A stretch of 64,000 nucleotides of DNA from an uncultured bacterium (GTDB taxonomy: Bacteria; Krumholzibacteriota; Krumholzibacteriia; JACNKJ01), in assembly GCA_963695095.1 (NCBI GenBank), contig CAVOFT010000001.1, positions 1 to 64,000 of the forward strand. Direction: 5' to 3'. Both the position numbers and the translations under genes were made by a program. A model generated the notes under the pieces. That model ran no database searches. It was not told where the DNA came from and was given only the letters and a program-made list of their open reading frames with translations. Of the stretch, positions 18,978-29,696 are shown piece after piece (within the stretch, counting starts at the first letter, position 1; every line of letters starts with the position of its first letter).

Positions 18978-21230
18978 ATGGCAATGCTTGACAAATCCTA
19001 CTGGCGAGGCGGGTTGCTGCTGCTGCTGATGCTCGGCGCCGCCTCCGTGCCGGCCCTCGAGCTCGACTACCTCGACAGCGACCTGTGGACCCGCGATCGC
19101 GACTGCGAGGCGCGCGGCGACACGCTGCTGGTGGCGCTCGAGTACGGCCTGCAGATCTGGGATCTCGGCGATTCCGCCCAGCCCCAGCTTCTCAGTGATC
19201 TGTACCTGGACGGCCGCCGCGCTCACAGCGTCGAAAGCGATGGAGATCTGGCCGCGGTCACCACGCGCGCGGGGTCCCTCATTCTCGTCGATATCAGTGA
19301 TCTGGGCGCGCCGGCCGTGCTGGGCAGCGTGGACTTGACGCTCGGCGAGAGTCCGGACGTGGCGCTGGTCCGCCGCGACGGCACGCTCTTCGCCTACACC
19401 GCCGGCAAGGCCGCCCGCGGCCTGCGCCTCTACGACCTCACGAACCCCGCGCAGCCCCTGCTGCGCGGCACCATGCTCGCCTCGGGCCTGCATAGCCTGG
19501 CCGTGCTGGACGAGACCGTGTTCGTGCTGTCCCAGGGCGGCCACCTGCGCAGTGCGGACGTCAGCAATGCCGACCTGCCCGTCCTGCTGGATCAGCTCGA
19601 TCTGGTCGCTTCGACCTTCTACAACATCACCGCCGAGGGCAACGTGGCCGTCGTGGCCGCCGATGGCATGGGCTTCTACGTCATCGACATCACGAACCCC
19701 GCGGATCTCGTCGTGATCGCCCAGGTGTCGCCCACGGTGAACACCGTCTATCACGACCTCTGGACGAAGGAAGCCATTCTCCACGAAGGACTGCTCTACG
19801 TGGTGACGGATCAGGCCGGGCCCCTGGTCTACGACATGGCGAATCCCGCCGACCCGCAGCTGATCGGCTACGACTCCATCCTCGACAGCGGCCTGCCCGC
19901 CCCCTACGGCGAGTTCTACGACGGCGACCTCGCCCCGGATAGCAACCGCCTCTACCTCTGCCACTGGGATCTGGATACCCCCGGCGCGCTGATCTTCGAC
20001 GTCGCCGGCCCGGAGCCGCTCTACGTGGGCCGCACCGAGTCCAACGACTTCGCGCGCTTCGCGGCGATCGCCGGCGACATGTTCTACGGCTGCAACGGCG
20101 AGGCCGGCCTCTTCGGGCTCCAGCTGATCGCGGGCCAGCTCGTGCGGCAGGGCAATCTCCTGCTGCCCGCCCTCTGGGGCGCGGAGACGCACGGCGACCT
20201 GGTCTACGCCGCCTCCACGGAGTACGGCCTCGTGATCACGGACTGGAGCACTCCCAGCAATCCGGGGATCCTGGGCAGTCTCGACGTCGGCCAGGCCCGC
20301 GGCGTGATCGTCCGGGACAACGTGGCCTTCGTGGCCGCCTACACCCAGGGCTTCAACACCGTGGATGTCAGCAACCCTGCCCTTCCCGTGCTCCTGGACC
20401 AGGCGAACCCGCCCGGCATCGTCGCCTCGGTGCGCCTCGCCGTGCTGGACTCCATTGCGGCGGTGGCCGACCTCCAGGGCGGCGTCAATTTCTGGGATGT
20501 GAGCGACCCCGCCGATCTCCAGTGGCTGGGCAACTACGACGTCATACAGAAGTGCGTTGACGTGAAGCTCTACGAACCCCTCGATGCCATCGGGATCCAC
20601 GCCTACGTGGCCACGGATGGTGACAGCATCCACGTGCTGCACATCACGGATCCCGCCCAGCCCGAACTGGTCACCAAGTTCGGACCGAAGAAGCCTACGG
20701 GACTCGAGCTGAACGGCTCGCGGCTGCTCGTGGCTGCGGAAGGTCTGGTCGGTGCGCCGGGCGGCATCTTCGCCTACGAGCTCACGGACCGCCAGCGGCC
20801 CGACCCGCTCTTTCACTACTACACGACGGGCACCGCGCGGGGTGTGGCCAGCGAAAACGGGTACGTGCTGGTGGCCGACGACTCGGCGCTCACCCTGCTG
20901 ACGATGGGCCAGACCCCGGCCGGCGAGACGCCGCTGGCGGGCGGACCCCGCCTGGACGCCTGGCCGAATCCCTTCAACCCGCGCACGGATCTGCGCTTCA
21001 GCCTCAGCGCGGACGCGGCGGGCTCCCTCGATGTCTTCGACATCAGCGGACGGCACCTGCGCACCCTGGCCGAGGGCAACTTCAGCGCCGGCCAGCACCA
21101 GTTCGTCTGGGATGGCCGGGATGGCGACGGTCGCGCCCTCGCCAGCGGGGTGTATTTCGCCCGCCTGGCCGCCTTCACGGAGGACGGGGGCTCCCTGGCC
21201 GCCACCCGCAAGCTGGTCTTGCTCCGCTAG
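18978..21230 (+). CDS. LVIVD-repeat exoprotein with FlgD Ig-like C-terminal domain
   Basis: Signal peptide, LVIVD-type repeats, WPNPFNPRT...WDGRDGDGRALASGVY...KLVLLR. Confidence 0.9.
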   Translation: MAMLDKSYWRGGLLLLLMLGAASVPALELDYLDSDLWTRDRDCEARGDTLLVALEYGLQIWDLGDSAQPQLLSDLYLDGRRAHSVESDGDLAAVTTRAGSLILVDISDLGAPAVLGSVDLTLGESPDVALVRRDGTLFAYTAGKAARGLRLYDLTNPAQPLLRGTMLASGLHSLAVLDETVFVLSQGGHLRSADVSNADLPVLLDQLDLVASTFYNITAEGNVAVVAADGMGFYVIDITNPADLVVIAQVSPTVNTVYHDLWTKEAILHEGLLYVVTDQAGPLVYDMANPADPQLIGYDSILDSGLPAPYGEFYDGDLAPDSNRLYLCHWDLDTPGALIFDVAGPEPLYVGRTESNDFARFAAIAGDMFYGCNGEAGLFGLQLIAGQLVRQGNLLLPALWGAETHGDLVYAASTEYGLVITDWSTPSNPGILGSLDVGQARGVIVRDNVAFVAAYTQGFNTVDVSNPALPVLLDQANPPGIVASVRLAVLDSIAAVADLQGGVNFWDVSDPADLQWLGNYDVIQKCVDVKLYEPLDAIGIHAYVATDGDSIHVLHITDPAQPELVTKFGPKKPTGLELNGSRLLVAAEGLVGAPGGIFAYELTDRQRPDPLFHYYTTGTARGVASENGYVLVADDSALTLLTMGQTPAGETPLAGGPRLDAWPNPFNPRTDLRFSLSADAAGSLDVFDISGRHLRTLAEGNFSAGQHQFVWDGRDGDGRALASGVYFARLAAFTEDGGSLAATRKLVLLR

Positions 21231-21260
21231 TCCCGCAATCGCGAGCAGCGCCTCTGCAAT

Positions 21261-21295
21261 GAATGCCCCGGCCGGACGGCCGGGGCATTCCCTTT
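21261..21295 (+). terminator. Intrinsic terminator-like hairpin
   Basis: GAATGCCCCGGCC / GGCCGGGGCATTC stem followed by CCTTT. Confidence 0.7.
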
Positions 21296-21377
21296 GCGGT
21301 AGCGCGCCGACGTGGCATATTGGTTGCAGCCCCTTGTTCGCAGCGATCCACACCTCGAAGCGCCATCGGGAGCCCTC

Positions 21378-23868
21378 ATGCGACAGCTTCTCGTCCTCGC
21401 GCTAGCCCTGTTCTCCCTCACGGGGCCTGCCCTTGCCGCGCCGACTCTGGACTTCATGGACAGCGGTCAGTGGACATTCAACGAAGACGTTGCGGTCCAG
21501 GGCACGCGCATCGCGACCACGCTGGCCTACGGCGTGCAGATCTGGGAGCTGGAGGATCCGGCCAATCCCGTGCTGCTCGGGGACTACTACATGGACGGCC
21601 TGCGCGGTCGGGCCGTGGCCTGGGAAGGCGATCTCGTCGTCGCCAGCACGAGGGCGACCAATCGCCTCTATCTGATCGACGTGAGCAACCCGAGGCAGCC
21701 GGCGCGCATCGATCGCCTCTCCGGGACCGGCGACAACGCCGACATCGCGCTCGTGCGCGACGGCGCCACGCGCTGGTGCTACCTCGCGGGCAACGCCCAG
21801 AACGACTTCCAGATCCACGACCTCACGAATCCGGCCGCCGCGGTTCTGCATGGCGGCCTCAACCTCGCGGGGCCACCCAACGCGCTCGCGGTGCTGGGCG
21901 ATATCGTCCTCATCTCGGCGCGCTCGGTGGGCCTCTACGCGGTGAACGTGAGCAACCCCGACGCGCCCCTGCTCGTGGACACCGAGGTCGTGACCGGCTT
22001 TCATGTCGGCGTGGCGGCGGACGGCAGCCGCGCCGCCATTGCCTCGGGCGCCGCGGGCTTCACGCTCTTCGACGTGAGCAATCCGGCCAACCCGGTGCGG
22101 CACGCCACCGTGATTCCCGCCGCCGGCACCTGGAGCAATCTCAGCGTGAGCGAGGTGGTCGTTCACGGCACGATGCTCTGGGCGATCTGCCAGGACGTCG
22201 GCGCGATCGCCTACGACATCAGCGATCTGGATGCGCCCGTGCTCACGGGCTACGATCCCCGGCTGGATATCACGCCGCCGGCGCCGCCCTACTACGTGTT
22301 CAACGAGGGCGTCTGGGCCGATGATCGCCTCTACCTGACCGAGTGGAACGGCTTCACGCCGGGCACGGTCGTCCTGGACGCCACCTCGAGCACGATGGCC
22401 TACCTCGGCCGCTCGCTCGGCTTCGACTACGTGCGCGACGTGGACGAGGACGCGGGCTTCATCTACGGCTGCACGGGCCAGATGGGCATCTTCGCGCACG
22501 AGCACCAGTCGCCCAACCAGCTCGTGCCGCGCGGTCAGCTGCATGTCGTCGAGAGCTGGGGCGTGCAGGCGCACGGCACGACGGTGTACGTGGCCTCGAC
22601 CACGGACGGCATCGTCGTGGGCGACTTCAGCGACCCGGACAACCCCGTGCGCCACGGCGAGCTGGACGTGGGCCAGGCCCGCCAGCTCACGGTCGAGGAC
22701 GGCGTGGCCTATGTGGCCGCCTTCACCCAGGGCTTCCACACCGTGGACGTCAGCGACTGGGATCATCTCGTCGAGCTGGACGCCGTGACGCGCACTGGCA
22801 TGCAATCGGTGAACATCGACAAGGTGGGCGACCTCGTCGTCACGTCCGATCGCGTCGACGGCATGAACCTGTGGAACGTGGCCGACCCCGCGAACATCCA
22901 GCACATCGCCAACTGGCCGACGCCGAATCAGGCCCTGGACGTGGTGCTCAGCCCCGATGGCGCCTACGCCTATCTCGTCGTCAACAGCGTCGGCGTGCAG
23001 GTGCTGGACGTGAATCCGCCCACGAACCCGGCGCTGCTCACCACCTTCGGCGAGGGCCTGGGCGCGACGGGGGTGGTCCTCGAGGACGGCTACCTGCACG
23101 TGAGCTTCGGCACCAATGGCGTGAAGAGCTACGACCAGGCGGCGAGCCCCGCGGCCCCGCTGCTGATGGCCAGCCTCGACACGGCGCACAGCTCCTGGAG
23201 CCTCTGCGCGCGCACGCTGGCGGGCGAGCGCTACGTCTACGTGGCCGACTACTCGGCGATCGTCGTCCTGCGCTTCGACACGGACACGCCGGTGGCGGTG
23301 AGCAGCTTCGCGCTGGCCTGGACCGGCGCGGGCGTGCAGGTGGACTGGCGGCTCGACGAGTCCACGGCAGCCGAGAACCTGCGCCTCGTCGCCGCGCCGG
23401 CGGCAGGCGGGGCCGAGGCGGAGGTCGACTTCGCGGCGCTGGGCGCCGGCGGTCAGGCCTGGCAGGGCTTCGATTCGCGCGCGGCGCTGAGCCGCGGGCG
23501 GCGAGTGGCGTTACACGCTCTATGGCCGCGATCCTGGCGCCGGCTGGGAGCTGCTGCGCAGCGCGACCATCCGGCTCGAGGGCGCGCCCCTGGCGACGGT
23601 CGCCCTGCGCGCCTACCCGAACCCCTTCAATCCGAGCACGCGCCTGGACTTCGAGCTGCCGGCGGCGAGCCCCGCGCGCCTGGCGGTCTACGACGTGGCC
23701 GGCCGCCGCCTCGCCCTGCTCCACGACGGGCCGCTCCCCGCCGGCCCGGCCAGCTTCGCCTGGGACGGCCACGACACCGAGGGGCGTGCGCTGGCCAGCG
23801 GCATCTACCTGGCGCGGCTCGAGCTGGCGGGTCTGACCCGCCAGGTCAAGCTGGTGATGTTGCGGTAG
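21378..23868 (+). CDS. LVIVD-repeat exoprotein with FlgD Ig-like C-terminal domain (frameshift near 23495)
   Basis: MRQLLVLALALFSLTGPALA signal and LVIVD repeats; YPNPFNPST...WDGHD.EGRALASGIY...KLVMLR* readable in the shifted frame ending TAG 23868. Confidence 0.88.
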
Positions 23869-23891
23869 CGCGCGGCGCCGGCAGCGCGCCC

Positions 23892-23937
23892 GTCACCCGC
23901 CCCGGCGGGGCGGATCCGCCCCCGGGGGCGGGTTGAC
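23892..23937. terminator. GC-rich hairpin between convergent genes
   Basis: GTCACCCGCCCC...GGGGCGGGTTGAC imperfect inverted repeat centred on GGATCC. Confidence 0.55.
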
Positions 23938-23960
23938 GACCCTAAGTCCGAAAAATCGGT

Positions 23961-24100
23961 CTTTCCGGCCTTTTCCACAGGCGCGGCGCCGACGCGTCCG
24001 GGCTGCCGGTCCCGCGGGCCCGCGCTGGGGGCGGGAAAGCGGGGATTTACACCGGCTTTCCCCGGGTCTTCCGCAGGCTCTCCACAGGGTTATCCACAGG
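23961..24100. promoter_or_regulatory. DnaA-box cluster
   Basis: TTTTCCACA (23971-23979), CTCTCCACA (24078-24086), perfect TTATCCACA (24090-24098), plus degenerate TCTTCCGCA (24067) and CTTTCCCCG (24056) at 11-12 bp phasing. Confidence 0.65.
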
Positions 24101-24171
24101 CTGATCAGGTCCGAATGCAAGAGCGCCCGCGCGGGCAGCGCGGGCGCTTGCCAAACCGATTCGAGCCGCCC

Positions 24172-25218
24172 CTAGCGCAGCTTGAACTGATCGGCGCGGC
24201 ACTCCTTGATCATCGCCGCCAGCAGGTCGATCGAGGCCTGCACGTCCTTGGGGTGGATCATCTCGATCACCGAGTGCACGTAGCGCGTGGGCACGCTGAT
24301 GCAGCCCGCCGCGGCGCCCTTCTTGCCCGCGCGCTGGATGCCCGCCGTGTCCGTGCCGCCGCTGGGCAGCACTTCCATCTGCCAGGGGATCTTCTTCGTC
24401 TCGCAGAGCGTGCGCATCCAGTCGACCAGCTTCCAGTTCGGCACCACCGAGCCGTCGTAGGCCTTGATCGCCGTGCCCTTGCCCATCTCGCTGATCGCCT
24501 GGCTCTTGTCGGTGAAGGGCACGTCGCAGGCCAGCGTGACGTCGAGGGCCACGCCCACATCCGGGTCGATGGCGTGCGCCGCCACCATCGCCCCGCGAAT
24601 GCCGATCTCCTCCTGCACCGTGCCGACGGCGTAGAGGTCCATCTTGCCGCGCTTGGCCTTCTTGAAGGCCTCGATCATGACGAACACGCCGATGCGGTCG
24701 TCGAAGCTCTTGCCGTTGTAGACCTCCCCCATCCGGATCACCGTGCGCTCGCGCGTGACCACGTCGCCCACGCGCACGAGCTTCTTCACCTTCTCCGCGG
24801 GCAGGCCGAGATCGATGAAGAAGTCCTCCAGGCGCGGCGGCTTGCGCCGGTCGTCCTCGCTCATGATGTGGATGGGCTTGCTGCCCATCACGCCGATCAG
24901 GTCCTTGCGCCCGTGGACGATCACCCGCTGCGCGGTGAGCGTCTTGGGATCGAAGCCGCCCAGGGGCACGAAGGTGAGGAAGCCCCGATCGTCGATGTAC
25001 TTCACCATGAAGCTGATCTCGTCCATGTGGCCGGCGATCATGAAGCGGCCGCTGGTCGTGCCCTTCTTCATCGCGATCACGTTGCCCAGGGCGTCCACCT
25101 CGATCTTGTCGGCGAGCGGCTTCAGCTCGCGGATGACGATCTCGCGGATCTTCTCCTCGTGACCGGGGGCGCCGGGGGTCTCGCAAAGCTCCTTGAGCAG
25201 GGCGAAGTTGATGGGCAT
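24172..25218 (-). CDS. M42 family metallo-aminopeptidase
   Basis: AGHMDEI, KSFDDRIG, VQEEIG, ALDVT, GGTD, RYVHS motifs. Confidence 0.93.
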   Translation of the reverse strand: MPINFALLKELCETPGAPGHEEKIREIVIRELKPLADKIEVDALGNVIAMKKGTTSGRFMIAGHMDEISFMVKYIDDRGFLTFVPLGGFDPKTLTAQRVIVHGRKDLIGVMGSKPIHIMSEDDRRKPPRLEDFFIDLGLPAEKVKKLVRVGDVVTRERTVIRMGEVYNGKSFDDRIGVFVMIEAFKKAKRGKMDLYAVGTVQEEIGIRGAMVAAHAIDPDVGVALDVTLACDVPFTDKSQAISEMGKGTAIKAYDGSVVPNWKLVDWMRTLCETKKIPWQMEVLPSGGTDTAGIQRAGKKGAAAGCISVPTRYVHSVIEMIHPKDVQASIDLLAAMIKECRADQFKLR

Positions 25219-25327
25219 CGCTTACCTCGCGGGAATCAGGGGGTGGAATAGCCAAAGCGGCGCGGCGAGTGTACGGCAGCGGGGCGAGGCGAGACAAGCG
25301 GGGATCGGCAGCGGCGCCGGCGCGAGG

Positions 25328-27275
25328 CTAGCCCCCGTGGGCTTCGAGCTCCACCGACCAGCGCGCCCAGCGCTCCTCGCGCCGCTCGAGGGCAGCCACC
25401 AGTTCCTGGTGCCGGGCCGTCAGGCGCATGATCTCCTCGCGGTCCAGCGCGTGGCTGCCGGCCAGTGCCGTCTCCACTTCGGACTTCTCGGCGGTCGCCT
25501 GCGCGATGCTCGCTTCGAGGGCGCTCAACTCGCGCCGGCGCTGGGCCAGGCGGTTCTTGCTCCAGGGGGCGGGACCCTTGACCGCGGCCGCCTCCGGAGG
25601 CGAACTCGCCCCGCGGCCGCCGTTGCCCGCGGGCTGCGCGCGGACGGGCCCAGCGGCGACCGGCGGCGAGGCCGCCTCGCGCCCGCGAGCCAGGAACTCC
25701 TTCCAGGGGCCGGGGAAGTCCGTCGCCGCGCCATCCTTCACCTCGATCACGCGCTCGACGAGGCCCTCCAGAAAGGTCCGGTCGTGGCTGATGACGAGCA
25801 GGGTGCCCGAGTAGGCGCGCAGGGCCACCTCGAGGGACTCCGTGGCCGGAATGTCCAGGTGGTTGGTGGGCTCGTCGAGGATGAGGAAGTTGTGCCGCTG
25901 GTAGACCAGCTTCAGCAGGCTCAGGCGATTGCGCTCGCCGCCGCTGAGCATGGCGACGGTCTTGTCGAGGTCGTCCGCGAAGAAGCCGAAGCGGGCCAGC
26001 TGGCTGCGGCATTCGCCCTCGCTCATCGTCGGGTCCAGCGTGCGGAACTCGGCCTCCACCGTGTGCGCGTCGCTGACCAGGTCCAGGTGCTGATCGAAGA
26101 AGCCGAGGTCGATGTCCTTGCCCAGGCGCACGGCGCCCGCATCCGGCGGCAGCTTGCCCATCAGGATGCGCACCAGGGTGGTCTTGCCGGCGCCGTTGGC
26201 GCCGACCAGGCCGATCTTCTCGCCGCGGCTGATCTGCAGGTCCAGCCCCGCGAAGAGGCGCTTCTCGCCGAAGGCCTTGGCCAGGCCCTCGGCCACCAGC
26301 ACCGTGTTGCCGCCGCGCCGCGCCGGGCTGAGCCGCAGGCGCAGGGTGCGCTCCTCGCTGGGGCGCTCCAGGCGGTCCATCTTCTCCAGGCGCTTGCGCC
26401 GGCTCTGCGCCTGCTTGGTCTTCTGGCCGACGATGTTGCGGCGGATGTACTCCTCGCTCCTGGCGATCTCCTCCTGCTGGCGCTCGTAGGCGAGGAGGGC
26501 CAGGCGGTCGCGCTCGGCCCGCTCCTGCTCGAAGAAGGCGTAGCCGCCGCTGTAGCGCGTGAGCTGGGCGTCCCTGAGATGAAAGGTGATCGTGCACAGG
26601 CGATTCAGGAAACTGCGGTCGTGGCTCACCACCAGCAGGGCGCTGTGCTGATTCGCCAGATGCTCCTCGAGCCACTCGATGGCGGCGAGATCGAGATGAT
26701 TGGTCGGCTCGTCGAGCAGCAGCAGGTCCGCGCCCTGCAGCAGCACGGAGGCCAGGGCCGCCACGCGCTGCTCGCCGCCCGAGAGCCTGGCCACCGGCCG
26801 CTCGAAGTCGGCAGTGGGAAAACCCAGGCCCGGAGAGCGTGGCCGCCACGCGCTGGTCGAGATCGTAGCCGCCCAGGGTCTCGAAGTCGTGCTGGAGGGC
26901 GGCGTAGCGCAGGGCCGCCGCGTCGTGCTCCGGGCCCGCCGGCAGGGCCTCCAGCTTGGCCAAGGCCTCGTGGCAGCGCTCATCGAGGGCCACGAGTTCG
27001 CGGCACTCCCCCCGCACGGCGGCGAAGAGGGACAGCCCGCCCGCCAGCGCGCGATCCTGGGCGAGATGGGCGATGCGCAGGCGCCGCCCCTTCTCCACGC
27101 TCCCGCGGTCGGGCCGCAGCGCCCCGCTGATGATGCTGAACAGCGTGGACTTGCCGGTGCCGTTGCGGCCCACGATGGCGGCGCGCTGGCCGGGCTCCAG
27201 GGCCAGGTCCGCGCCGCGCAGGATGGGCAGACGGCCGTAGTCGAAGTCGATTCCGCTGAGGCTGATCAAGGGCAT
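25328..27275 (-). CDS. ABC-F family ATP-binding protein (Uup/YheS-like; frameshift near 26830)
   Basis: Two NBDs (GRNGTGKST; GANGAGKTT), LSGGE x2, LDEPTNHLD x2, C-terminal coiled coil, no TM segments. Confidence 0.92.
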
Positions 27276-27394
27276 GGGGGGCAATGTAACAAGGCCCGGC
27301 GCCCCTGTCATGGCCCCGGCGGGCCCGGCGCCGGCCCGCAGGCGGGCTCCGGCCGGCGCTTGTCGGCCTTGTCGGGCCCGTGTATCCTGGCTCC

Positions 27395-28114
27395 ATGCTG
27401 CTGCCGCTCAGCGACATCAACCCCACGCAGCGCCGGCCCTGGGTGACCTACGGCCTCGTGGCGGCCAACCTCGTCGCCTACGTCCTGCAGATGGGCTACG
27501 GCCTGGAGGCCTCCGCCTGGAACTGGGGGCTGATTCCCCTGCGCCTGCTCGGCGGCGACGCGCCCATTCCCGTGCCCGGCCACGGGCCGCTGCTCATCGG
27601 CAGCCCGCCGGCGCTCACGATCCTCACCTCGATGTTCATGCACGGCGGCTTGCTGCACCTGGGCGGCAACATGCTCTACCTGTGGATCTTCGGCAACAAC
27701 GTCGAGGACCGCCTCGGCCACCTGCGCTTTCTCGTCTTCTATCTCGCCGGCGGCGTGCTGGCCACCTTGAGCCATGTCGCCGTCAGCCAGGGCTCGGCCC
27801 TGCCCCTGGTCGGCGCCAGCGGCGCCGTGGCGGCAGTGCTCGGCGCCTACTGGCGCCTCTTCCCCCGCGCGCGCGTGCGCTGCCTGCTCTTCCTGTTCAT
27901 CCTCGTGCAGTTCGTGGAGCTGCCGGCCGCCCTCGTGCTCGGCCTGTGGATCCTCCTCCAGGTGATCAACGGCGTGCTGGGCCTGGGCGTGGGCGGGGGC
28001 GGCGTGGCCTGGTTCGCCCACATCGGCGGGTTCCTGGCGGGACTGCTGCTGCTCTTCGCGCTCGGCGCACGCCGGCGCCGGCCACAACTCGTCGTTCAGC
28101 GCTGGGACGACTGA
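27395..28114 (+). CDS. Rhomboid family intramembrane serine protease
   Basis: SMFMHGGLLHLGGNML, VGASGAV, WFAHIGGF. Confidence 0.93.
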   Translation: MLLPLSDINPTQRRPWVTYGLVAANLVAYVLQMGYGLEASAWNWGLIPLRLLGGDAPIPVPGHGPLLIGSPPALTILTSMFMHGGLLHLGGNMLYLWIFGNNVEDRLGHLRFLVFYLAGGVLATLSHVAVSQGSALPLVGASGAVAAVLGAYWRLFPRARVRCLLFLFILVQFVELPAALVLGLWILLQVINGVLGLGVGGGGVAWFAHIGGFLAGLLLLFALGARRRRPQLVVQRWDD

Positions 28115-28201
28115 GCCCGCCGCGATCCCCCTTGGCCTCAGGCGCGGCGAGTGGCACAATGCGCCCCGCCATCCCATCCAGTCCTTGCAAGGAGCCACTC
28201 C

Positions 28202-29587
28202 GTGTCCGACGCCCTGCGCTTCGAGATCTTCTCCGCCAGCGATTCCCCCGGCGGCGCCGCCCTGCCCTGGACGGACGACCTGCCCCGCCTCGCCACCCGC
28301 GCCCTCGCCGCGCGCCGCACCCTGCTCGCGCGCGAGTGCCCCGGCGCCGACTTCCTCGGCTGGCTGGACCTGCCCGTCCAGGCCGAGGACTGGCGCGGCG
28401 AGCTGGAGTCGCTCGCTCGTCGCCTGCGCGGCGAGATCAAGCACCTCGTCGTCTGCGGCATCGGCGGCAGCTATCTCGGCGCGCGGGCGCTGCTGGAAGC
28501 CTTCGGCGAGCCGGGCCCGACGGGGGGGATCATCCTGCGCGGCGCCCGCGGGCGCGCCCTCGGCCCCGAAGTGCACTTCGCCGGTGAGCAACTGGGCGGC
28601 CAGGCCATCGCCGGACTCCTGCGCCGGCTGCGGCGCAAGCCCTTCGCGGTCAACGTCATCAGCAAGAGCGGCACCACGCTCGAGACGGCCCTCGCCTTTC
28701 GCCTCCTGCGCGAGCTGCTCGGCCAGCAGCATGGCGAGGCCGCCGACCGCTACATCATCGCCACCACGGATCCCGCCGGCGGCGCCCTGCGCGCGCTGGC
28801 GACCGCGCGCGGCTGGCAGAGCTTCCCGATTCCGCCCGACGTCGGTGGGCGCTTCAGCGTGCTCAGTCCCGTGGGGCTCTTGCCGCTGGCCGTGGCGGGC
28901 CTGGACATCAAGGCCCTGCTCGCCGGCGCCCGGCGCGGCCGCGCGCGCTTCCTGGCCGGCGACATCGCGGCCGGCGATCCGGGCGCCGTGGACGTGCTGC
29001 TCGCCAACCCCGCACTGCACTACGCCGTGCTGAGACGGCACCTCTACGCGGGCGGCAAGAGCGTGGAACTGCTCGCCGTCTTCGAGCCCGCGCTCGCGCG
29101 GGTCGGCGACTGGTGGGCGCAGCTCTTCGGCGAAAGCGAGGGCAAGGGCGGCAAGGGCCTCTTCCCGGCGCGCGCGGCCTACAGCACGGATCTGCACAGC
29201 CTCGGCCAGTACGTGCAGGAAGGTCCGCGCCATCTGGTGGAGACCTTCATCGCCGTGGAGACGCCGCCCGCGGGGCCCCTGGTGCCGCGCCTCGGCGGCG
29301 CCGATGGCCAGGAAGACGACGGCGACGGCCTGGCCGCCCTCGCCGGCCGGCCCCTGGCGGACATCAACGCCGCCGCCGAGCTGGGCACGATGATCGCCCA
29401 CGACGCGGGCGGCGTGCCCGTGCTGCGCATCATCCTGCCCCGCCTGGATGCCGACAGCCTGGGCGAGCTGGTCTACTTCTTCGAGGCCGCCTGCGCGGTG
29501 AGCGCGCTCCTGCTGGGCGTGAACCCCTTCGATCAGCCGGGCGTGGAGGCCTACAAACGCGAGATGCGGACCCTTTTGGCGCGCTAG
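28202..29587 (+). CDS. pgi: Glucose-6-phosphate isomerase
   Basis: GIGGSYLG, ISKSGTTLET, VGGRFSVLS, QLFGESEGK, DLHSLGQY, NPFDQPGVEAYK; RBS AAGGAG. Confidence 0.95.
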   Translation: MSDALRFEIFSASDSPGGAALPWTDDLPRLATRALAARRTLLARECPGADFLGWLDLPVQAEDWRGELESLARRLRGEIKHLVVCGIGGSYLGARALLEAFGEPGPTGGIILRGARGRALGPEVHFAGEQLGGQAIAGLLRRLRRKPFAVNVISKSGTTLETALAFRLLRELLGQQHGEAADRYIIATTDPAGGALRALATARGWQSFPIPPDVGGRFSVLSPVGLLPLAVAGLDIKALLAGARRGRARFLAGDIAAGDPGAVDVLLANPALHYAVLRRHLYAGGKSVELLAVFEPALARVGDWWAQLFGESEGKGGKGLFPARAAYSTDLHSLGQYVQEGPRHLVETFIAVETPPAGPLVPRLGGADGQEDDGDGLAALAGRPLADINAAAELGTMIAHDAGGVPVLRIILPRLDADSLGELVYFFEAACAVSALLLGVNPFDQPGVEAYKREMRTLLAR

Positions 29588-29696
29588 CGGCCGCGCCGAA
29601 GGAAGCGGATCTTGCACGGTGCCGGTGGGGGCGTGCTAGGGTAGCCCTGCGGGCGCTTCGGCCCCGTCGTTTCGCCCCCTTGTCCGGAGGGTCTCC

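Noticed and set aside
16836..21353. 1505-aa minus-strand ORF, and similar long ORFs at 45525..49580, 27308..29617 and 58300..60342
   Set aside because: Antisense shadows of high-GC genes that have clear motifs on the other strand.
23940..24110. Definite oriC call
   Set aside because: No AT-rich unwinding element or dnaA/dnaN context; kept only as a DnaA-box cluster.
26800..26860. Programmed frameshift in the ABC-F gene or other split genes
   Set aside because: No slippery site plus structure seen; indels are widespread, consistent with sequencing error.
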